From an uncultured Alphaproteobacteria bacterium (GTDB lineage: Bacteria; Pseudomonadota; Alphaproteobacteria; Rs-D84; CACZYB01), in contig CALXQL010000007.1 of NCBI GenBank assembly GCA_944390685.1, positions 14,507 to 78,506 on the forward strand: a DNA stretch of 64,000 nucleotides, given 5' to 3'. A model generated the notes under the pieces. The model ran no database searches. It had not been told where the DNA came from and saw only the letters and a program-made list of their open reading frames with translations. Of this stretch, positions 51,426 through 61,243 are shown piece by piece; within the stretch, counting starts at the first letter, position 1; each line of letters starts with the position of its first letter. The position numbers and the translations under genes were made by a program.

Positions 51426-52460
51426 TTATCCTCTCTTATTTGCAATGGAACAAATATTAAAAAGTATTTGTGAAAGAATAATTTCTTGAGGATAATTAGT
51501 AATTTTACACATAATTTCCGCTTGATTTAATTTTGAAATAATTTTGATAATTTTATCTGTATTCCAAAATTTAAGTTGCCTTTCATAAGATGGTTTAAGT
51601 TTGAAAAAAATAGGTGGTTTAGAATTATCAATTACAAATGAAATATTTTTTCCATTTTCCACTTCACCAGCCATGAAATAAAGAGCTTTAAAATGAAACA
51701 ATACCAATCGTAAAAGTTGTACTGGATAAATTCCTTCATTTAAAAGTCTTGGTAAAATTGTTGATAATTTTTTTGTGTTTCCTTCTGCCACAGCCAAAGG
51801 TAAATCGGACATATTTAACAAAGAAGAATCCATCACACAATCAATTGCATCATCAATTGTGATTTCATCTTTACCATAAAGATAAAGACAAAGTTTTTCC
51901 AATTCCATTCTTGTGGTTGCTCTATTTTCACCGAAATTTTCACGAAGATATAATAATACTTCATCTGGAATTTTTTTGATTCCATTTTTAATTAAAGTTT
52001 GTCTTATCAAATTTGATAAATTTTCACCATCATCATTATAATTTGGAAGCACAGCCAATTTTGAATTATTTTCAAATAATAAACGTAATTTGGACGATGG
52101 AGTAAGTTCATCGGCAGATACAATTATAAAAGCTTCCAACGTATCATTTTTTGAAAATAATTCTTTTAATATATCGGCAATATCATTTGTTGCATCTTTA
52201 ATTTTAATTACTTTTTTTGAAGAAAGAAATGATATTGTAGTAGCCTCATCAATTAACTTTGAAGGATCGTTTTTTATATCTTCTGGTTTTAAATCAAAGA
52301 CGGAAAATCCATCACTATCATCAGGAGCAATTGTAAAAGATGCAAGATTGAAATTTTCTAATACTTGCCCTCTATCAGGTCCATAAAATAAAATTCCCAA
52401 AAAATTAGAAAATTTATTTTTTAAAGCCATATTGAAATCATTTTGCTTTAACTTTACCAT
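51426..52460 (-). CDS. holA: DNA polymerase III delta subunit
   Basis: ILFYGPDRG N-terminal motif. It sits downstream of lptE, as in other proteobacteria. Confidence 0.65.
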   Translation of the reverse strand: MVKLKQNDFNMALKNKFSNFLGILFYGPDRGQVLENFNLASFTIAPDDSDGFSVFDLKPEDIKNDPSKLIDEATTISFLSSKKVIKIKDATNDIADILKELFSKNDTLEAFIIVSADELTPSSKLRLLFENNSKLAVLPNYNDDGENLSNLIRQTLIKNGIKKIPDEVLLYLRENFGENRATTRMELEKLCLYLYGKDEITIDDAIDCVMDSSLLNMSDLPLAVAEGNTKKLSTILPRLLNEGIYPVQLLRLVLFHFKALYFMAGEVENGKNISFVIDNSKPPIFFKLKPSYERQLKFWNTDKIIKIISKLNQAEIMCKITNYPQEIILSQILFNICSIANKRG

Positions 52461-52461
52461 T

Positions 52462-52977
52462 TTAATAATTCGTTAAAAAAGTTATAATTGAAAAATAAAT
52501 TTGTTCGGCAATGCTATTTATTGCAAGTTTAATTGCATTTAATTTTAACATCTCAGTTGAAAATTGATCTTTTAAAATATTATAAGATATTTGAGAAGTT
52601 GCATTTTTTTGTAAAAGGGTTTTATGATTTCCCGCTTCAATCAATGTATAATTTGCATTCAAAGTGATTAAGTAAGATGAAGCAATACCATCATTTTTAA
52701 TTGTATAATCTGAAATATTAGGTTGAGATAAACTTATATTTAAATAATATTTAGGTTTTTCAGGTTTACCATTAGGTGTTAATTTATTAAGTAAATTATT
52801 GCGAAGTTCAATTCCTCTTGCCCCATCAAAACCTCTAACAGGGTTAATTGCAATCAACGAAGTTTTTTCACTTAAATCATTATAAATAGTTTTTTCGTAT
52901 AAAGGTTTGAACCCACACGATGAAAGAAATATAAATAAAGAAAAATAAATAATTTTATATATTTTCATTTTTTTCAC
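52462..52977 (-). CDS. lptE: LPS-assembly lipoprotein LptE
   Basis: Lipobox LSSC followed by GFKPLY. lptE-holA synteny. Confidence 0.6.
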   Translation of the reverse strand: MKKMKIYKIIYFSLFIFLSSCGFKPLYEKTIYNDLSEKTSLIAINPVRGFDGARGIELRNNLLNKLTPNGKPEKPKYYLNISLSQPNISDYTIKNDGIASSYLITLNANYTLIEAGNHKTLLQKNATSQISYNILKDQFSTEMLKLNAIKLAINSIAEQIYFSIITFLTNY

Positions 52978-53533
52978 TTTTGCTAAGATAATTAAACAAA
53001 GCCTTTATAACATTAGAAACTGTTTTGAAAGTAGGCTCATCTTTTGTTTCCACCATGATATCGGCCTTTGCATAAATTGGATATCTTTCATCAATAAGTT
53101 TTTTAAGTATTTTTGATGAATCATAATTTAATAACAAAGGTCTTGTATCTTTAAAACTTGTTCTTTTAACAAGTAAATCTAAATCAGCTTTAAGCCAAAT
53201 TGTGATAGCCTTTTCTTTTGTAAGTTTTCTAACATTATCAATGATGAAAGCACCTTCGCCTGTGGATAAAATTTTAATTTGATTATCTGATAATAATCTA
53301 TTTATTACCTTATCTTCCACACGTCTGAATTCTTTTTCACCATAAATTGAAAAAATATCTACAACTGAACAACCGGCGGATTTTACAATTTCGCTGTCTG
53401 AATCAATAAAAGGTAAATTTAATTTTTTTGAAAGTAATTTACCAACAGAAGTTTTTCCAGCCCCCATAAGTCCCACTATGACAATTGGTTTGTTAATTTT
53501 CTTTTTTAAAATTTCAATATCAATCATAATCAT
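52955..53533 (-). CDS. aroK: Shikimate kinase
   Basis: P-loop GLMGAGKTSVGKLL..., FIDSD. Confidence 0.85.
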   Translation of the reverse strand: MIMIDIEILKKKINKPIVIVGLMGAGKTSVGKLLSKKLNLPFIDSDSEIVKSAGCSVVDIFSIYGEKEFRRVEDKVINRLLSDNQIKILSTGEGAFIIDNVRKLTKEKAITIWLKADLDLLVKRTSFKDTRPLLLNYDSSKILKKLIDERYPIYAKADIMVETKDEPTFKTVSNVIKALFNYLSKSEKNENI

Positions 53534-53670
53534 CTCATATTATTTTTTTATATTTATAACATTATAAAATAATAAATAAAATAAAAAAATATAAAAAATA
53601 AAAAGAATATAAAATATTTACAAAAGATAATTTTTTTGTTAATATAAAAGAAATTAAATAGGAGATTATA

Positions 53671-54012
53671 ATGAGTTTATTTGAATCATTTTTGGGTTTT
53701 GCATCAAAAAATCAAAAAAAGATTGTCGCTACTACTCAAATGGCTTTAAGGGGTATTCCTTGGACGGTTGGGGCAATATGTGTTTTTGGTGGAGTTTATG
53801 GCTTACCTGCATATTTAGGAATTACTTATCCAAAAGAAATAATTGCATTATTGGAAAAACAAAAACATCTTCCAGAGGCATATAAACTTTGGTGGACTAT
53901 AACTAATTGGGAAAAAATCGATAAAGATAAATATGATAACATATATGCAAAAAATCATAAAATGACACCGACAAAGGCACAATCATTACTTGATAATTTA
54001 AAAATAAAGTAA
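53671..54012 (+). CDS. Hypothetical protein, 113 aa
   Basis: ORF with RBS GGAG. Confidence 0.35.
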   Translation: MSLFESFLGFASKNQKKIVATTQMALRGIPWTVGAICVFGGVYGLPAYLGITYPKEIIALLEKQKHLPEAYKLWWTITNWEKIDKDKYDNIYAKNHKMTPTKAQSLLDNLKIK

Positions 54013-54060
54013 ATATGACTTGACTTTAAGTCAAAAAAGAATAAAATATAACAAATCGTA

Positions 54061-54146
54061 GGGAAGATGGCTGAGCGGTCAAAAGCAACAGACTGTAAAT
54101 CTGTCGCCTTCGGGCTACGTAGGTTCGAATCCTGCTCTTCCCACCA
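54061..54146 (+). tRNA. tRNA-Tyr (GTA), class II with a long variable arm
   Basis: Acceptor GGGAAGA/TCTTCCC, anticodon stem ACAGA/TCTGT with loop CTGTAAA, T-loop TTCGAAT, encoded CCA. Confidence 0.8.
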
Positions 54147-54225
54147 TTTCAAAAGAATTTCCATAAAATCCTATTTACTATAAAAGAAAATTTTGCTATA
54201 ATATTTCACAAAATAAGGAGATATT

Positions 54226-56340
54226 ATGTCAAAATTGAGAATGCTTCCTGGACGTCCATATCCATTGGGTGCAAATTATGATGGAAGAGGCACTAACTTT
54301 GCCCTTTTTTCCCGTAATGCAGAAAAAGTTGAACTTTGTTTTTTTGATGAAAAAGGAAAAACTGAACTTGCAAGGGTTGAACTTCAAGAATATACAGATG
54401 AGGTTTGGCATTGCTATATTCCAGAGGTAAAACCAGGACAACTTTACGGCTATCGTGTTTATGGTAAATATTCACCAAACGAAGGACATCGTTTCAATGG
54501 AAATAAACTTTTAATTGATCCTTATGCAAAGGCTATGTTTGGAAAAATAATTTGGTCCAGTGCACTTTTCCCATATAAACTAAATTCTCCGGATAAGGAT
54601 TTATCTTTTGATGATAGAGATAGTGCAAAATACATGCCAAAATGTGTTGTTATTGATAATAACTATAAATGGCAAAATAATGATAAACCAGGCACAAGAA
54701 GAAGTAATTCAATAATCTATGAATTACATGTAAAAGGTATCACAAAACAAAATCCAAAAATTCCAGAAAAAATTCGTGGTACTTTTGAGGCTCTTGCCCA
54801 TAAAAATATGATAAAATATTTTAAAGATTTGGGTATAACAGCAATAGAACTTCTTCCATCACAGGCCTTTTTTCTTGGCTCCATTCCGGAAAGAAAAGGA
54901 CTTTATAATTATTGGGGATATAATACTGCAAACTTCTTTACTCCAGAGCCAGCATATTTATATTCAAAGGATATAAACGAGTTTAAAGCCTTAGTTGATA
55001 AATATCATGCGGAAGGTTTGGAAATAATAATGGATGTGGTATATAACCATACACCAGAAGGAAATCATCTAGGTCCAATGTTTTCATTTAAAGGTATTGA
55101 TAACTCTTATTACTATAGGCTTATGAAAGATGATAAAAGATATTATGATGATTCTACTGGTTGCGGAAATACTTTAAATTTTGATAATCCAAGAGTTGTT
55201 CAAATGACAATGGATTCACTTCGTTATTGGGCAACAGAAATGAAAATAGATGGGTTTAGATTTGATTTAGCAGTATCACTTGGTAGAAGTGATGATGGTT
55301 TCAAAACTGAATCTGATTTTTATGATGCCATTGCGCAAGATCCAATTCTTCAAAAGGTGAAAAGAATTGCAGAACCATGGGATGTTGGATTAGGTGGATA
55401 CCAAGTTGGAAATTTCCCTCCTGGATGGAGTGAATGGAATGGAAGATATAGAGATACAACTCGTCGTTTTTGGCGTGGCGATGATGGACAAATAGGAGAT
55501 ATGGCCACACGTTTTACAGGTTCGGCTGAATTATTTGATAAGTATGGAAGACGTCCATGGTCCACTATAAATTTCATAACAGCTCATGATGGCTTTTGTA
55601 TGAATGATTTAGTATCATACGATTATAAACATAATGAGGCAAATGGAGAAGACAATCGCGATGGAGATAATGGAAACGAAAGTTATAATTATGGGCAAGA
55701 AGGTAATACCCGTAATCCAGAAATAAATGAAATAAGAATAAGGCAAATGAAAAACTTTTTTGCAACACTTATGTTATCCCAAGGTCTTCCAATGATGCTT
55801 GGCGGTGATGAGATGCGTCGCACCCAAAACGGAAATAATAATGCTTATTGTCAAGATAATAAAATAAGTTGGTATAATTGGAATCTTTTAGTTAAAAATA
55901 AGGAATTATATGATTTTGTGAAAAAAGTCATATCAATAAGAAAGCAACATATAGTATTTCGTCGTTCAAAATTTTTCAAAGGACAAAGGATTCCAGGGAC
56001 AAGGAATAAAGATATAACTTGGTTAACACCGGCTGGAATTGAAATGACAACAAATGATTGGCATAATCCAAAAAATAAAACATTGATATTTAAAATATCC
56101 GGTGAAGCAGGTGATAAATTCCATCTTGATAAAAATGGAAATGCTACCCCAGATAATAACTTCTTTATAATAATGAATGCGGATACAAAGAAAATAAAAA
56201 CTATTATTCCGCCGACACAACCACCATATAAGAATTGGTATTTAATGTTTGATACATCAGGTTATAATAAAGAAGATTCCATCATACAAAATACAATAAT
56301 GGTTCAACCACGAACATTTATATTACTAATTGCTAAATGA
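54226..56340 (+). CDS. glgX: Glycogen debranching enzyme
   Basis: 704 aa GH13 isoamylase-type (GFRFDLA, MLGGDEM). Confidence 0.85.
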   Translation: MSKLRMLPGRPYPLGANYDGRGTNFALFSRNAEKVELCFFDEKGKTELARVELQEYTDEVWHCYIPEVKPGQLYGYRVYGKYSPNEGHRFNGNKLLIDPYAKAMFGKIIWSSALFPYKLNSPDKDLSFDDRDSAKYMPKCVVIDNNYKWQNNDKPGTRRSNSIIYELHVKGITKQNPKIPEKIRGTFEALAHKNMIKYFKDLGITAIELLPSQAFFLGSIPERKGLYNYWGYNTANFFTPEPAYLYSKDINEFKALVDKYHAEGLEIIMDVVYNHTPEGNHLGPMFSFKGIDNSYYYRLMKDDKRYYDDSTGCGNTLNFDNPRVVQMTMDSLRYWATEMKIDGFRFDLAVSLGRSDDGFKTESDFYDAIAQDPILQKVKRIAEPWDVGLGGYQVGNFPPGWSEWNGRYRDTTRRFWRGDDGQIGDMATRFTGSAELFDKYGRRPWSTINFITAHDGFCMNDLVSYDYKHNEANGEDNRDGDNGNESYNYGQEGNTRNPEINEIRIRQMKNFFATLMLSQGLPMMLGGDEMRRTQNGNNNAYCQDNKISWYNWNLLVKNKELYDFVKKVISIRKQHIVFRRSKFFKGQRIPGTRNKDITWLTPAGIEMTTNDWHNPKNKTLIFKISGEAGDKFHLDKNGNATPDNNFFIIMNADTKKIKTIIPPTQPPYKNWYLMFDTSGYNKEDSIIQNTIMVQPRTFILLIAK

Positions 56341-56440
56341 CAATATATTGAAATTTAGAATTTAATCCTTATATATATAAGGCATACTTGACTATACCTA
56401 AAAAAGTTGCTAACCTATCAATTTATAAAAAATAAAAGGA

Positions 56441-58939
56441 ATGAATATGGTTGAAAAAATAAAAGAAAATGATATGCAAAACGAAAACATTAAAAACGAA
56501 GTGATGAATGAAAATGAAGATATGTGTCTTCTTCCACTTCGTGATATAGTTGTTTTTCCTTCTATGTTAGTTCCAATATTTATAGGAAGAGGTAAATCCA
56601 TTGCTACAATAGAAGAAGCAATGAAACGCGATAAAAAAATAGTTGTGGTTGCACAACGTGATGGCAATATAAATAATCCAAATCAAAAAGATTTATTTGA
56701 AATAGGGGTCAAAGCAAACATCATACAAATGTTGAAACTTCAAGATCACACAATAAAATTGTTAATTGAAGCAACCGATAAAGTTAAAATCAATACATTA
56801 AATATGTCAAAACCATATTTAACTGCATCAATTGAATACATAAACGAAGATTTATATAGTGATGATAAGGATATTGAAATTTTGACTCGTGCAATAATAA
56901 ATACATTTACACGTTATGCACGATTAAACAAAGATATGATGATTGAAAATGTATCTGATATAGATAAAATCAATAATCCTATTTTATTAATTGATACAAT
57001 AATAATGAGTTTAAATACAAAGGTTGAAAAGAAACAAGAAATACTTGAAACAAATAATTTAAAAGGTAAATTGGAAAAACTCTATGCTATTTTGGAAACG
57101 GAACTTGAATTTGTAAAAATAGATAGACGTATAAGAAATCGTGTAAAACAATCCATTGATAAAAATCAAAAGGAATTTTACTTAAACGAACAAATGCGAG
57201 CCATACAAAAAGAACTTGGAGAAGATGATGAAGATTTTATAATGCTTGAAGAAAAATTGGAAAAATTAAATCTTCCAAACCAAGCATTGTTAAAAGCAAA
57301 AAATGAATTAAAGAAATTGAAGAAGATGTCTCCACAATCACCTGAGGCAAGTGTGATAAGAAATTACATTGATTGTATTTTTGAACTTCCATGGTCTAAA
57401 AAAAGCGAACTTCAAACCAATATAGATTTGGCGGAAGATATTTTAAATAAGGAACATTATGCACTTGAAAAGGTAAAGGAACGTATTTTGGAATTTTTAA
57501 GTGTGCAAAAAAGAGTAGGGTGCTCAAAGGGAACAATCCTTTGCTTTATGGGTCCTCCTGGGGTTGGAAAAACATCTCTTGGAAAATCCGTTGCACATGC
57601 TACAGGTAGAGTATTTGAAAAACTATCTCTTGGAGGTGTTCATGACGAAGCGGAAATAAGAGGACATCGTCGCACCTATATTGGTTCACAATGTGGAAAA
57701 ATATTAAACACAATGAAAAAAGCCGGTGTTATAAATCCGCTTATTATGCTTGATGAAATTGATAAAATGGGAAATGACTATAAGGGCGATCCTGCAAGTG
57801 CTATGTTGGAAGTTTTAGATCCCGAACAAAATAATGCCTTTAACGATCATTATTTGGATATAGATTATGATTTATCAAATGTGATGTTTATTGCTACGGC
57901 AAATAGTTATGATATTCCAAAACCTCTTCTTGATAGAATGGAAATAATTGAAATTTCCGGTTATACCGAGGAAGAAAAACTTGAAATTGCAAAGCATCAT
58001 ATAATTCCAAAAACCTTATTAAAAAATGGATTAACAAAGGATGAATTTTTAATTACCGATGATGCAATTAGAGATATTATAAGATATTATACAAGAGAAT
58101 CCGGAGTTCGTGGATTGGAACGTCAAATTGATAAATTGATGAGAAAATCCGTCCTTAAATTATCAAATAATATGGACGATTCTACCGAAGATTTATTTAA
58201 TATAAATAATAAAAAGAAAACAAGCCCAACCCAATCTATGATAAAAATTACAAAGGATAATTTAAAAGATTTCTTGGGTATTCAAAGATTCGATTATGGT
58301 AAAAGCGAAACCAAAGATGCCATAGGTATGGTAACCGGTCTTGCTTGGACCGAAGTAGGAGGAGAACTTTTACAAATAGAATCCGTTGCAATGATGGGTA
58401 AAGGTTTAGCGGTTTTTACTGGAAAACTTGGTGATGTTATGAAGGAAAGTATTGAAACTGCAAAATCTTATGTAAGGGCAAATTCTCTTAAATTTGGTAT
58501 CAATCCAAAAATTTGGGATAAATTGGATATTCATATCCATGTTCCCGAAGGAGCCACACCAAAGGATGGCCCTTCCGCTGGAATTGGAATGATGACTTCA
58601 ATAGTTTCCACTCTTACCGAAATACCAATAAGAAAGGATATAGCAATGACGGGAGAAATCACATTGCGTGGTCGTGTTCTTCCAATTGGTGGGTTAAAGG
58701 AAAAATTGCTTGCCGCATTACGTGGAGGTATAAAGGAAGTTTTAATTCCTTATGAAAATATTAAGGATTTAGAGGAAATCCCACAACTTGTAAAAGATGG
58801 ATTAAAAATCACTCCGGTAAAAACTGCGGACGAAGTTTTAAAATCCGCTTTAACACAAGCATTAAAACCAATAAAACAAGAAGAAAATTTATTTGAAACG
58901 ATTTTGAAAACCCCACAAACACCAATAAGTATTCAATAA
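56441..58939 (+). CDS. lon: ATP-dependent Lon protease
   Basis: AAA+ GPPGVGKTS. S16 site PKDGPSAGIGM. Confidence 0.95.
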   Translation: MNMVEKIKENDMQNENIKNEVMNENEDMCLLPLRDIVVFPSMLVPIFIGRGKSIATIEEAMKRDKKIVVVAQRDGNINNPNQKDLFEIGVKANIIQMLKLQDHTIKLLIEATDKVKINTLNMSKPYLTASIEYINEDLYSDDKDIEILTRAIINTFTRYARLNKDMMIENVSDIDKINNPILLIDTIIMSLNTKVEKKQEILETNNLKGKLEKLYAILETELEFVKIDRRIRNRVKQSIDKNQKEFYLNEQMRAIQKELGEDDEDFIMLEEKLEKLNLPNQALLKAKNELKKLKKMSPQSPEASVIRNYIDCIFELPWSKKSELQTNIDLAEDILNKEHYALEKVKERILEFLSVQKRVGCSKGTILCFMGPPGVGKTSLGKSVAHATGRVFEKLSLGGVHDEAEIRGHRRTYIGSQCGKILNTMKKAGVINPLIMLDEIDKMGNDYKGDPASAMLEVLDPEQNNAFNDHYLDIDYDLSNVMFIATANSYDIPKPLLDRMEIIEISGYTEEEKLEIAKHHIIPKTLLKNGLTKDEFLITDDAIRDIIRYYTRESGVRGLERQIDKLMRKSVLKLSNNMDDSTEDLFNINNKKKTSPTQSMIKITKDNLKDFLGIQRFDYGKSETKDAIGMVTGLAWTEVGGELLQIESVAMMGKGLAVFTGKLGDVMKESIETAKSYVRANSLKFGINPKIWDKLDIHIHVPEGATPKDGPSAGIGMMTSIVSTLTEIPIRKDIAMTGEITLRGRVLPIGGLKEKLLAALRGGIKEVLIPYENIKDLEEIPQLVKDGLKITPVKTADEVLKSALTQALKPIKQEENLFETILKTPQTPISIQ

Positions 58940-59054
58940 ATTGTTTTCATTTTGTTCTTGACTTTTTATAAAAAATAGTGTATATTAAAATATGACTAAT
59001 AGGATAATTCTCTCTCTCCATATTATTTTGTTAGTTATTTTGATTTTTTAACTA

Positions 59055-59083
59055 ATCCACATATATTTATGTGGATTTTTTTA
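59055..59083 (+). terminator. Rho-independent terminator after lon
   Basis: ATCCACATA-TATT-TATGTGGAT, then T7. Confidence 0.6.
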
Positions 59084-59101
59084 TTTATGAAAGGAGTTTT
59101 A

Positions 59102-59284
59102 ATGAAAAAATTTTTTACAATAATATATAATTTTTTAAAAAAATGTTTTGTAAATGAATCCGGTCATATAAGATTGAAAAGATTGCTTGCAACCTTATTG
59201 ATATTATCTTATATAGGGATATCAATTTACAATAAACATTTTGAAAATCCCTCACAAATTTTAAGTTTATTATTGGGAGTTTAA
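59102..59284 (+). CDS. Small membrane protein, 60 aa, possible holin. The ORF track start 59069 is rejected.
   Basis: RBS AAAGGAG before the ATG at 59102. One C-terminal TM helix. Confidence 0.4.
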   Translation: MKKFFTIIYNFLKKCFVNESGHIRLKRLLATLLILSYIGISIYNKHFENPSQILSLLLGV

Positions 59285-59285
59285 A

Positions 59286-59447
59286 ATGAGCAATACAAAA
59301 TTAGATAAAGTCAAAAATATTTTGAATAATATGCTCGAAACTCCACTTGAAAAAAGAGATGAAAAATGGTTTGAGGAATATAAAAAATACCTCACAATAG
59401 AAACAAAATTATTTCAACAAAAAGAATTGGATGAAAATGGTAGATAA
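59286..59447 (+). CDS. Small hydrophilic protein of about 53 aa (below the ORF-track cutoff)
   Basis: ATG follows the preceding stop with RBS GGAG. Reads MSNTKLDKVKNILNNMLETPLEKRDEKW... Confidence 0.3.
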   Translation: MSNTKLDKVKNILNNMLETPLEKRDEKWFEEYKKYLTIETKLFQQKELDENGR

Positions 59448-59646
59448 AATTAAAACATTTATGTTTCAAATTATATCGGGGCTTCTTGCCCTGATTTTTT
59501 TTTATTATAAAGGGAAAAAGAAAGGTCAACAAGAAGAAAGGATAAAAACACAAAATGAAACAATTAAAAAAATTAAAAGCAAAAATGAAATTGCTTTATC
59601 TATTTCTAATACCGATATTAACAAATTGCACTATCGGGACAAATGA
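59431..59646 (+). CDS. i-spanin/holin-like membrane protein, 71 aa
   Basis: N-terminal TM FMFQIISGLLALIFFYY then a K/E-rich tail. It overlaps the next gene out of frame. Confidence 0.4.
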   Translation: MKMVDKIKTFMFQIISGLLALIFFYYKGKKKGQQEERIKTQNETIKKIKSKNEIALSISNTDINKLHYRDK

Positions 59647-59755
59647 TAGTTTTTGCCTCCTCTATACCCCATTGCTTCCAAGTATAAATGATACAAAAGA
59701 AACAATACAACATTTAAATATTTATTATGAACTATATGAAATGGAATGTAAATAA
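59555..59755 (+). CDS. o-spanin-like small lipoprotein, 66 aa, overlapped with the preceding gene in another frame
   Basis: Signal peptide plus lipobox ILTNC. Rz/Rz1-like overlapped gene architecture. Confidence 0.4.
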   Translation: MKQLKKLKAKMKLLYLFLIPILTNCTIGTNDSFCLLYTPLLPSINDTKETIQHLNIYYELYEMECK

Positions 59756-60165
59756 TGTATGATTTAATAAAAAAATATGAAGGATTTAAAAGCCATTCTT
59801 ACCAATGTCCATCTGGAATTTGGACAATAGGTTATGGATCAACATATATGAATGATGAACCTGTAAAAAAGGGTATGAAAATCACACAACAAGAAGCCGA
59901 AAATCTTCTTCATAAATGGATAGAAAAAGAAGTATTACCATACATCAAAGATTTAACATTAAAAGAAAAACAAAAAGAAGCACTAATCTCTCTCATTTAT
60001 AATATAGGAGGTCCAGCTTTTCAAAAATCAAAATTACGAATCGCAATAAAAAATAAAGATTATAGTGAGATATGTAAACAATGGGACTTTGGTTTTAATT
60101 CGGGATTAAAAGGATTGATAAAAAGAAGAATAGAAGAACTATATATTTTTATAAACGAAATATAA
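59755..60165 (+). CDS. Phage-type endolysin (GH24 lysozyme)
   Basis: YEGFKSHSYQCPSGIWTIGYG matches the GH24 catalytic region (EG...Y.D..G.WTIGYG). Confidence 0.75.
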   Translation: MYDLIKKYEGFKSHSYQCPSGIWTIGYGSTYMNDEPVKKGMKITQQEAENLLHKWIEKEVLPYIKDLTLKEKQKEALISLIYNIGGPAFQKSKLRIAIKNKDYSEICKQWDFGFNSGLKGLIKRRIEELYIFINEI

Positions 60166-60294
60166 TATTTTTATATTTTTTGCATTACATTCCTATTTTT
60201 AGACTTAAAATTATTGCAATACAATATTTTATATCATATTATGCAAGCGACAACGGATGGCATATCAATTTTGCAAATTTTAAGGAGGGGGAAA

Positions 60295-61188
60295 ATGCAA
60301 AAGAATATTTCGTGTTTTATTTATATAATGTTATCATTCATTTTAACCAATTGTGGTGGTGTATCATTATTGGAAATTCCAGTTATAACACCACCCCATG
60401 AAGATGGTGGAGACTCTTCTTCTAATCCAGATGAGCAAGAACCTATTCCAAGTGAAGAAGAATTAAAGAAAATTGTGAACGAAGTTTTAATAAATGGAGA
60501 AAACATTACACCAATTTATTCTAATACAATAAACTCTTTGGATATAGAAAATAATAATATAGAATTTATTGATGATAAAAATGGTTCATATACAAATTCC
60601 ATAGATGATAATATAACAAAATTTAATTTTAAAATTAGTAATTTCAAAGATAAAGGATCTTTTTATGAAAATGTAAATGCAAATGGTGATACATTGATAT
60701 TGTCCGGAAAGCATTTAGGTCTATCCTATGCTGATATAGGAATGATATATAATTCAAATAATTATACTTTATTAAATAATATGTATGATACAACAAAAGT
60801 AATTGCAAAGGATGAGATAAACAAAGATACAAATTTAACCTTTACCGGTAAGACTTTGGCTACTATTACTACTGGCTATGATACGGATAAAGATTTTCTA
60901 ACTGGAAACATAGAATTAAATTTAAATAATGGCGATGAAAATTTGGTAATATCTTTTGATAATTATTATACATTTTCATGGGATAATAAATATGTTAGAA
61001 TAAAAGGAGAAAATAATATTGATCATAAATATGATGATATTGGAGATGGTATGACTACTTTAAATTTTAATTCAATATATCTAGGAGATTCTAATATTCC
61101 AAGTGAAGTGATAGGAGATTATCAACTAACAAATACAAATTTTATAATAAATGGTATATTTGCAGGTAAAAATACATCTAATATTTAA
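60295..61188 (+). CDS. Surface lipoprotein with a TbpB/fHbp-like C-terminal domain. Paralog of 4649..5833. The ORF track start 60214 is rejected.
   Basis: RBS AAGGAGGGGG before the ATG at 60295. Lipobox ILTNCGG. LTFTGKTLATITTG...INGIFAGKN parallels the other paralog. Confidence 0.5.
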   Translation: MQKNISCFIYIMLSFILTNCGGVSLLEIPVITPPHEDGGDSSSNPDEQEPIPSEEELKKIVNEVLINGENITPIYSNTINSLDIENNNIEFIDDKNGSYTNSIDDNITKFNFKISNFKDKGSFYENVNANGDTLILSGKHLGLSYADIGMIYNSNNYTLLNNMYDTTKVIAKDEINKDTNLTFTGKTLATITTGYDTDKDFLTGNIELNLNNGDENLVISFDNYYTFSWDNKYVRIKGENNIDHKYDDIGDGMTTLNFNSIYLGDSNIPSEVIGDYQLTNTNFIINGIFAGKNTSNI

Positions 61189-61243
61189 CATTGACAAATA
61201 AACATACTTTTTATATCTTTTAAAAAAAATAAAGGGAATAAAT

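Noticed and set aside
53955-54164. 69-aa minus-strand ORF overlapping tRNA-Tyr
   Set aside because: It covers a confidently folded tRNA gene. Spurious.
59069-61188. ORF-track N-terminal extensions (59069 for the holin-like gene, 60214 for the lipoprotein, and also 40934 for the gene after rplQ)
   Set aside because: In each case an internal ATG with a good RBS gives a canonical signal peptide or lipobox, or avoids overlapping a terminator hairpin. The upstream extensions are probably not translated.
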